Source: a virus
Lineage: Duplodnaviria; Heunggongvirae; Uroviricota; Caudoviricetes; Drexlerviridae
Length of the DNA: 4,116 nucleotides
IMG/VR virus record: IMGVR_UViG_2579778786_000003
Reading direction: 5' to 3' (one strand)
The notes under the pieces are model-generated. The model did not search any database and had not been told where the DNA came from. It saw only the letters and a list, made by a program, of their open reading frames with translations. Positions 1 to 4,116 of this stretch are shown piece by piece; the stretch's first letter is position 1, and every line of letters begins with the position of its first letter. The position numbers and the translations under genes were made by a program.

Positions 1-138
1 GCCAATCGCAACCGAGTGCGTATGAGCACCAATACCGACAGTATGTGCGTGTGTACCTGCGCTTGCAGCAGTACCCGATACAGAGTGCGCGTGACGCGGT
101 AAATTTAAAAATCGACAAATATCGTCCAGGAGCGCCAT
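1..138 (-). pseudogene. Orphan fragment encoding a lambda Stf-type C-terminal His-x-His repeat tail fiber domain; 3' end runs off the window start
   Basis: The minus-strand frame with codons 138..136, 135..133 and so on reads MALLDDICRFLNLPRHAHSVSGTAASAGTHAHTVGIGAHTHSVAIG and continues past position 1. The part from about nt 96 down resembles the lambda Stf C-terminal region as I recall it (SHSHSLSGTAVSAGAHAHTVGIGAHQHPVVIG). The frame is open back to a TGA at 207..205, but the only ATG (138) has no convincing SD, so this looks like a remnant rather than an independently expressed gene. Confidence 0.5.
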
Positions 139-205
139 TTTCAATGGCTGGAGATAGCAATCAACATGTGTTGTTTGCAATGTTTGGCGAAATTCACTGA
201 TTTTT

Positions 206-225
206 CATGCCCCACCCATGCCCCA
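206..225. repeat. Tandem direct repeat, 2 x CATGCCCCA separated by CC
   Basis: Plus strand 206..214 CATGCCCCA, 215..216 CC, 217..225 CATGCCCCA. It lies between the gene B stop (266) and the stf C-terminal fragment, next to an AT-rich tract. Confidence 0.6.
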
Positions 226-265
226 AGAGGCCTGCCACGCGAAATCTCCCATCAATTGACAGCAA

Positions 266-583
266 CTAAACAACCGCATTGTCCTGGCGCACATCGCAGA
301 TAGTAAACGTCACGACGCCGATGACATTAACATCGTCCAAGGCCTCGCCCTCGATCGCTTCGCCATCTTCGGTAATCAGCGACTTTCCTCTCAGCGTGGC
401 AAGCTCCGTCCCGCCGCCGTGCTGGATCAGAACCTGACTACCTTGTGATGGCTTCAGGGAGATATCCAGCACAACGTAACCGCCTGAACGCTCGAAGAGG
501 CGCGTATTTGGCCCAACACTGCAGATCGAGTTAACCGTTAATCGCTGTTCCGTGTAGTCCGTCGCCGGTGATGGAAAGCCCAT
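266..583 (-). CDS. Hypothetical acidic protein (105 aa), second gene of the coupled operon
   Basis: ATG at 583..581 is preceded by GGGGAGGA (598..591) with a 7-nt spacer, embedded in the 3' end of the upstream gene. It runs 105 codons to TAG at 268..266. Protein: MGFPSPATDYTEQRLTVNSICSVGPNTRLFERSGGYVVLDISLKPSQGSQVLIQHGGGTELATLRGKSLITEDGEAIEGEALDDVNVIGVVTFTICDVRQDNAVV. Net acidic, no signal peptide or transmembrane segment apparent. The ORF track uses an upstream GTG (616) that would overlap the first gene by 34 nt; ATG 583 is preferred. Confidence 0.65.
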   Translation of the reverse strand: MGFPSPATDYTEQRLTVNSICSVGPNTRLFERSGGYVVLDISLKPSQGSQVLIQHGGGTELATLRGKSLITEDGEAIEGEALDDVNVIGVVTFTICDVRQDNAVV

Positions 584-822
584 TACAGAATCCTCCCCAT
601 GTTGGCCATCATCCACAGGCAGTTTTCACTATGCTCTGCCGTTTTGTCGACGAAATACGTTTGCTCGCGTGCGATCCAGGAGTTCGCCTCCACCTCGGAA
701 AAATGGATGCCGCGCCGGCGCAGCGCGGTAACGAAGTCGCGGGTGTGAAGGTACTGGAACCCCTTGGAACTGCGCAATACCGACTCGCGGAACGCCGCTG
801 CGATGTCTGACTGTCGAAGCAT
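583..822 (-). CDS. Hypothetical small basic protein (79 aa), first gene of a translationally coupled two-gene operon downstream of the tail fiber
   Basis: ATG at 822..820 is preceded by GGGAGGG (835..829) with a 6-nt spacer. It runs 79 codons to TAA at 585..583, which overlaps the ATG of the next gene (TAATG). Protein: MLRQSDIAAAFRESVLRSSKGFQYLHTRDFVTALRRRGIHFSEVEANSWIAREQTYFVDKTAEHSENCLWMMANMGRIL. It is Arg-rich with no hydrophobic segment. The ORF track starts this frame at an upstream TTG (837); the ATG with the SD is preferred. Local GC is about 60-65 percent. Confidence 0.65.
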   Translation of the reverse strand: MLRQSDIAAAFRESVLRSSKGFQYLHTRDFVTALRRRGIHFSEVEANSWIAREQTYFVDKTAEHSENCLWMMANMGRIL

Positions 823-834
823 GATCTGCCCTCC

Positions 835-866
835 CAATAATACTGCACAAACATACAGTATTATTG
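835..866. repeat. Perfect 11-bp inverted repeat (CAATAATACTG, 10-nt spacer, CAGTATTATTG) in the stf to gene A intergenic region, abutting the gene A Shine-Dalgarno
   Basis: Plus strand 835..845 is CAATAATACTG and 856..866 is CAGTATTATTG, which are exact reverse complements. On the minus-strand transcript the 3' arm ends at nt 835, which is also the first G of the SD GGGAGGG. Confidence 0.7.
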
Positions 867-893
867 TTGTGAGGGAAGATCAATGTAGGAGTT

Positions 894-3800
894 TTACATT
901 AACTTCAAAACAGCAGAAACGATCGGCAGCCCACCTCCAGTTGCAGGGTCAGGATGGATTCCATCAGCATTGAACCAGTTGCGTGGAGATGTCGATGCGT
1001 AATCAGATGGCTTGTCTCCGTAGTCAATCTGGAGATTGTGATAAGCCACCCTGTTTAGCGCACAAACATCCCGTACAACAGACGCATACGCCGCCATTGC
1101 CACATTGTTATTCCTCTGGTTTTCACATGGCATGATCACCAGAACATCAGCCAACGGGCATGCAGTGCGAACTGCTGTGATTATCGTCTGAATATCGGCA
1201 GCAAACGCGGATGGATCACGGGATGATGTCTGGTCATTGGTCCCATGCAGAATTGTCACCAGATTGGGGGCCAGCGCGGTGAATGCTGCTTTCCATGTTG
1301 CGCTGGTAACCTGCGCCGCCCATTGTTGAGCAGAACTCCCCGTCGCACCCAGCTTGTGAGACCGGACACCATCTGTCGCGGTCTGCACATCCAGACCGTA
1401 CAGTTCAACGGTTCCTGATACCGGACTGAACCAGATATTGAAAGCTGTTGCCGGTACCGTGAGGCTGACAACCGCAAGGTCAGTGAACGTGCTCAGGTCG
1501 ATAGTTGTCCAGTTAACTCCACCATCTGTGCTGTATTTAACACTCCCCTGAGGTTTAGCAAAAAGGCGGACTGACGATGCATTTGCCGGTATACCGTTCG
1601 CCCTGAAAGTAGCGGTGGTATCAGAAGACGAGACGCTACAAATATCTGCGCTCTGTGCTGCCGCATATGTCGGAGTCCATGTTCCTGTTTTGGTCAAAGT
1701 TATCTGACCAAGTATATTGCCGTTATACTGCCCGAAACCCGCCTCAGACGGATAGCCAAATCCGATATAGCCGATACCTGCACTGCCATAGTCAGCCTGC
1801 ATTTTTCCGGCAAAAATTCCGCTCCATCGGTTCCACAGGTGAGTCCAGCTATCGCCAATGTGCGCTGTTACCAGTGTTGCTGACTGAGAAAGCCGCCTGT
1901 TCATCAGGCGCTTATGTGTCTCTCTGAGTGAATCCTGATTTAACGTGAATGCTCTGGAAGTTGTGTAATCGACATCCTGTCGGTACGTATCATCACTCAG
2001 TACAGGAGAGCCATTCCCAACAAAGAGCCCCCTGGCAACAACATAAACACCTGCAGCGCCAACAGTCTGCCCATTCATAAGGCGGATTTGCAGATATCCA
2101 GCCGTATCAACAATAGTCTGGGTGATAGCTATTGTGCGAACCAGAGTCTGATATTGCTGGGTTGGGAACTGGAACAACTGAGACGAACTGTCACTAATAA
2201 CAGTCCCGCTAGCCGTCCGGAAATATGCTGCCACGTTGATTGCCTGAGACGATACCACACCCAGCGCTACTGTCAGCGAATCTCCAGCACGCAGTCCAAG
2301 CCGCTTTGCTGAAATGTTAATATCCGTCTGACCACCACCTACTGGGATAATCAGAGATTTTTTCCTAAGAAACGGGCTGCCAGAATAATCCGCAACATAT
2401 GCTGGTAGTGAAACCCCTGCTACTTGAGCAGGACCCCAACCATCAATACACGTTTCCCCGCACTCGTAGCGGCGATACCAGGGATCAGGCCACAGGTTAA
2501 TCTGCTGGCGCTGGTATCCTGAATACTCTGCTGGAAGGCTACCGTAAATAAACTCAGGGCGAGATCGTCCGAAAGCTACACCTATGGCAACCAGCTCCTT
2601 GACCATAGCCCCTGATGCGCGAAGCGTAAGGTATGTCGTTGATGCTGGTATTGTCAGCGTGGTACTTCCATCATTAAAGCCGGATGCTGATGCGGCAATA
2701 GTTGCCGAAGAAAGTACTCCGGATGCATTACGACAGAAAACCTGAAACGTGCCACCCGTTGACGCGAACCATGCAGCCAGACGGACAGTGATTGTGTCTC
2801 CCGGCTTAACCCCCATCGAACTGAGAGAAATAATACGATCAGCACCAACTCCTGACGTGTTTTGGATCCCGGTCTTACCCCATGGTGAATTTGCGCTGTT
2901 CTGAATCAATGTTCCTGCGTAACTCATGGCGTCAACCACGCCTGCAGGAAGTCCTTGCTTAGGACGAACGGAAAGCATCTCGCCAAAAGGGTCGTACACG
3001 AGGTTATCAGGGGTACCCAATGCCTCCTGGTACGCTTTTGAAGGGAAAGACCTTGTGAATTCAGGAGTAACATCACCAATAGCTGCGGCATAGACACCGA
3101 TTTTGAACGCCCCTGACACAGTGTTTTGCACCCGAATTCGTATGGATGATGCGCCAGATGGCACAGCAATGACCACAACCGGAGAGGATATACCAGCAAC
3201 CAGTGGAGAGGCCTCCCCTGTAGTGATGGTTACTCCTGCTGAATCAAGCCAATAAATCTGTAACTTGCCTCCAGCGTTCTCGAACCATACCAAAACAGAG
3301 AAAGCTAAAGTGTCTCCTGGTTTTATCTGTAATTTTGACACATCGTAATATTTATCAAACGATGTTACACCAGAAGCTTGAATAACAGGTGTTGGAAGCG
3401 GCAAATTAACATCAGTAGTAGAAAATGTTGGCGTAGCGCCTTTATACCAATCCCAGTTAGCGAATGTTAAAAGGCTTGAGGAATATTCATTAAATGCGTC
3501 GAATAAAATGTTGCCTCTACGCAAAGCGGAATACGCTGGAATTTTTCTTCCGGTTGCTACCAACGTACCAGCGGTATTGATAACCTCAATTGAAAGATTA
3601 TTGTCATCTGAGCTGCGATAATAAGCAGTTGATCCCACCGGTATATTACCCGCAGCTGCGTCTGCCTGCGCCGCAGCCAGCGTCGGAAACTCGCGGATTG
3701 TCCCTGTTATGGCTGCCGTGCCTGGCTGCTTTGCCTGCAATACGGCCACGCCAGCATTGTTTTGATACTGCCATGCAGCAGAAAGCGCATCTGGCCCCTG

Positions 3801-4116
3801 AGCTACCCAGAACGACTGGCCGTCAGTAGTTGCTGCCAACCCTGCAATGGTGCCATCAGGATCGCTGGCAGTCTTATAGAACGTGAACTTATTCTGTGCG
3901 TAGTCAGAAGCGTTATTTGCATACTCTTCAGCCTGTGCTGCTGAACCTGCGGCTGCCGTTGCCGATTCGGATGAGGCTGCTGTGTTCTGCGCCACTGCGG
4001 ACGCGTTACGCGCCACCTCTTCCACCATCAGTTCAAAACGGCGCAGTGCCTCCGGACGGGCATCATCCTCCGTCATGGCACCGAGAAAATCATTCAGCGT
4101 ACCGGGTCGGGAATCT
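894..4116 (-). CDS. stf: Side tail fiber protein, 5'-partial (start outside window): lambda Stf-like N-terminal segment, three tandem beta-rich modules, C-terminal SGNH/GDSL hydrolase (putative polysaccharide esterase/deacetylase) domain
   Basis: One uninterrupted minus-strand frame from the window end to TAA at 896..894. The frame stays open upstream of the ORF-track Met at 4076: in-frame codons 4115..4077 read DSRPGTLNDFLGA, so the ATG at 4076 is an internal Met. The segment DSRPGTLNDFLGAMTEDDARPEALRRFELMVEEVARNAS matches my recollection of lambda Stf (...PGTLNDFLCAMTEDDARPEVLRRLELMVEEVARNAS...). The C-terminal ~320 aa carry the SGNH signature blocks (see separate feature). Confidence 0.9.
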   Translation of the reverse strand, partial: DSRPGTLNDFLGAMTEDDARPEALRRFELMVEEVARNASAVAQNTAASSESATAAAGSAAQAEEYANNASDYAQNKFTFYKTASDPDGTIAGLAATTDGQSFWVAQGPDALSAAWQYQNNAGVAVLQAKQPGTAAITGTIREFPTLAAAQADAAAGNIPVGSTAYYRSSDDNNLSIEVINTAGTLVATGRKIPAYSALRRGNILFDAFNEYSSSLLTFANWDWYKGATPTFSTTDVNLPLPTPVIQASGVTSFDKYYDVSKLQIKPGDTLAFSVLVWFENAGGKLQIYWLDSAGVTITTGEASPLVAGISSPVVVIAVPSGASSIRIRVQNTVSGAFKIGVYAAAIGDVTPEFTRSFPSKAYQEALGTPDNLVYDPFGEMLSVRPKQGLPAGVVDAMSYAGTLIQNSANSPWGKTGIQNTSGVGADRIISLSSMGVKPGDTITVRLAAWFASTGGTFQVFCRNASGVLSSATIAASASGFNDGSTTLTIPASTTYLTLRASGAMVKELVAIGVAFGRSRPEFIYGSLPAEYSGYQRQQINLWPDPWYRRYECGETCIDGWGPAQVAGVSLPAYVADYSGSPFLRKKSLIIPVGGGQTDINISAKRLGLRAGDSLTVALGVVSSQAINVAAYFRTASGTVISDSSSQLFQFPTQQYQTLVRTIAITQTIVDTAGYLQIRLMNGQTVGAAGVYVVARGLFVGNGSPVLSDDTYRQDVDYTTSRAFTLNQDSLRETHKRLMNRRLSQSATLVTAHIGDSWTHLWNRWSGIFAGKMQADYGSAGIGYIGFGYPSEAGFGQYNGNILGQITLTKTGTWTPTYAAAQSADICSVSSSDTTATFRANGIPANASSVRLFAKPQGSVKYSTDGGVNWTTIDLSTFTDLAVVSLTVPATAFNIWFSPVSGTVELYGLDVQTATDGVRSHKLGATGSSAQQWAAQVTSATWKAAFTALAPNLVTILHGTNDQTSSRDPSAFAADIQTIITAVRTACPLADVLVIMPCENQRNNNVAMAAYASVVRDVCALNRVAYHNLQIDYGDKPSDYASTSPRNWFNADGIHPDPATGGGLPIVSAVLKLM
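897..1862 (-). other. SGNH/GDSL hydrolase catalytic domain inside the tail fiber CDS
   Basis: Block I HIGDSWTH with the nucleophile Ser codon at 1850..1848 (GDS = 1856..1848). Block III LHGTNDQ (GTND = 1244..1233). Block V NADGIHP (DGIHP = 965..951) a few residues from the C-terminus. The order Ser, Asn, then Asp-x-x-His is canonical for SGNH esterases. All codons were checked by hand against the sequence. Confidence 0.8.
2007..3371 (-). other. Three tandem, diverged ~115-130 aa beta-rich repeat modules within the tail fiber (putative carbohydrate-binding modules)
   Basis: The repeated protein pattern is visible by eye. Module 1 (about nt 3371..3027): VSKLQIKPGDTLAFSVLVWFENAGGKLQIYWLDSAGV ... 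IGDVTPEFTRSFPSKAY. Module 2 (about 2864..2517): LSSMGVKPGDTITVRLAAWFASTGGTFQVFCRNASGV ... FGRSRPEFIYGSLPAEY. Module 3 (about 2354..2007) is weaker: LGLRAGDSLTVALGVV ... AAYFRTASGTV. Boundaries are approximate. Confidence 0.55.

Noticed and set aside
1-99. Plus-strand Cys-rich open frame (…MSTNTDSMCVCTCACSSTRYRVRVTR, stop at 97..99) that looked like a small Cys-rich peptide
   Set aside because: It is the antisense mirror of the His-x-His repeat codons (CAC GCG CAC against GTG CGC GTG) of the Stf-like fragment on the minus strand, and it has no RBS.
568-810. Plus-strand ORF (80 aa) antisense to the two small minus-strand genes
   Set aside because: No SD; it lies entirely antisense to two ORFs that have strong SDs and a coupled stop/start. 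Most likely a shadow ORF in GC-rich coding DNA.
266-822. The two small genes as a frameshifted tail fiber assembly (tfa) gene, since their combined length of about 184 aa is Tfa-like
   Set aside because: Each ORF has its own strong SD and the junction is a clean TAATG overlap rather than an internal frameshift, and neither protein resembles lambda Tfa as I recall it. This is not fully excluded without a search.
266-837. Extended starts from the ORF track (TTG at 837 for gene A, GTG at 616 for gene B)
   Set aside because: In-frame ATG codons with well-spaced strong SD sequences are available at 822 and 583. The GTG start would create a 34-nt overlap instead of the compact TAATG junction.
835-866. 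Inverted repeat as a Rho-independent terminator for stf
   Set aside because: The stem is AT-rich and on the minus-strand transcript it is followed by GGAGGGCAGAUC, not a U-tract. A regulatory or structural role is more plausible.
609-883. Minus-strand ORFs 609..854 and 629..883 in alternative frames
   Set aside because: Both overlap gene A out of frame, start at non-ATG codons without an SD, and one would run through the stf stop region.
1256-3944. Seven ORF-track entries inside the tail fiber gene (1256..1477, 1655..1927, 2088..2312, 2654..2848, 2924..3199, 3590..3829, 3762..3944)
   Set aside because: All are antisense or out-of-frame overlaps within a long, continuous, well-supported CDS; no independent RBS evidence.
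894-4076. ORF-track start (Met at 4076) as the true start of the tail fiber gene
   Set aside because: The frame remains open upstream to the window edge and the upstream residues continue the lambda Stf-like sequence, so the CDS is 5'-truncated by the window and Met 4076 is internal.
1-4116. Invertible tail fiber segment (Mu G or P1 C type, Pin/Gin/Cin-driven)
   Set aside because: The alternative C-terminal fragment is on the same strand as the main fiber gene rather than inverted, and no invertase gene or long inverted crossover sites are visible in the window.

Overview
All convincing features in this 4.1 kb window are on the minus strand and look like the distal end of a lambdoid-phage (probably prophage) tail-fiber locus in an enterobacterial-type genome. 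(1) A large side tail fiber gene (894..4116) whose start lies beyond the window end. Its first in-window residues resemble the conserved lambda Stf segment (DSRPGTLNDFLGA-MTEDDARPEALRRFELMVEEVARNAS), then it diverges into three tandem beta-rich modules and a C-terminal SGNH/GDSL hydrolase domain with catalytic blocks GDSWT, GTND and DGIHP all present. (2) Directly downstream, two small genes (822..583 and 583..266) with strong Shine-Dalgarno sites and a TAATG stop/start overlap. I do not recognise either protein, and this pair is the best candidate for an undescribed cargo or defence-type module. (3) At the window start (1..~96, minus strand) an orphan fragment encoding the His-x-His repeat domain typical of the lambda Stf C-terminus. 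This implies the new fiber C-terminus plus the two small genes were inserted into, or replaced the middle of, an ancestral stf gene. No tRNA, rRNA, CRISPR array, integrase or transposase is visible. Comparisons with lambda Stf are from memory, and GC values are hand counts on 60-100 nt blocks; no searches were run.
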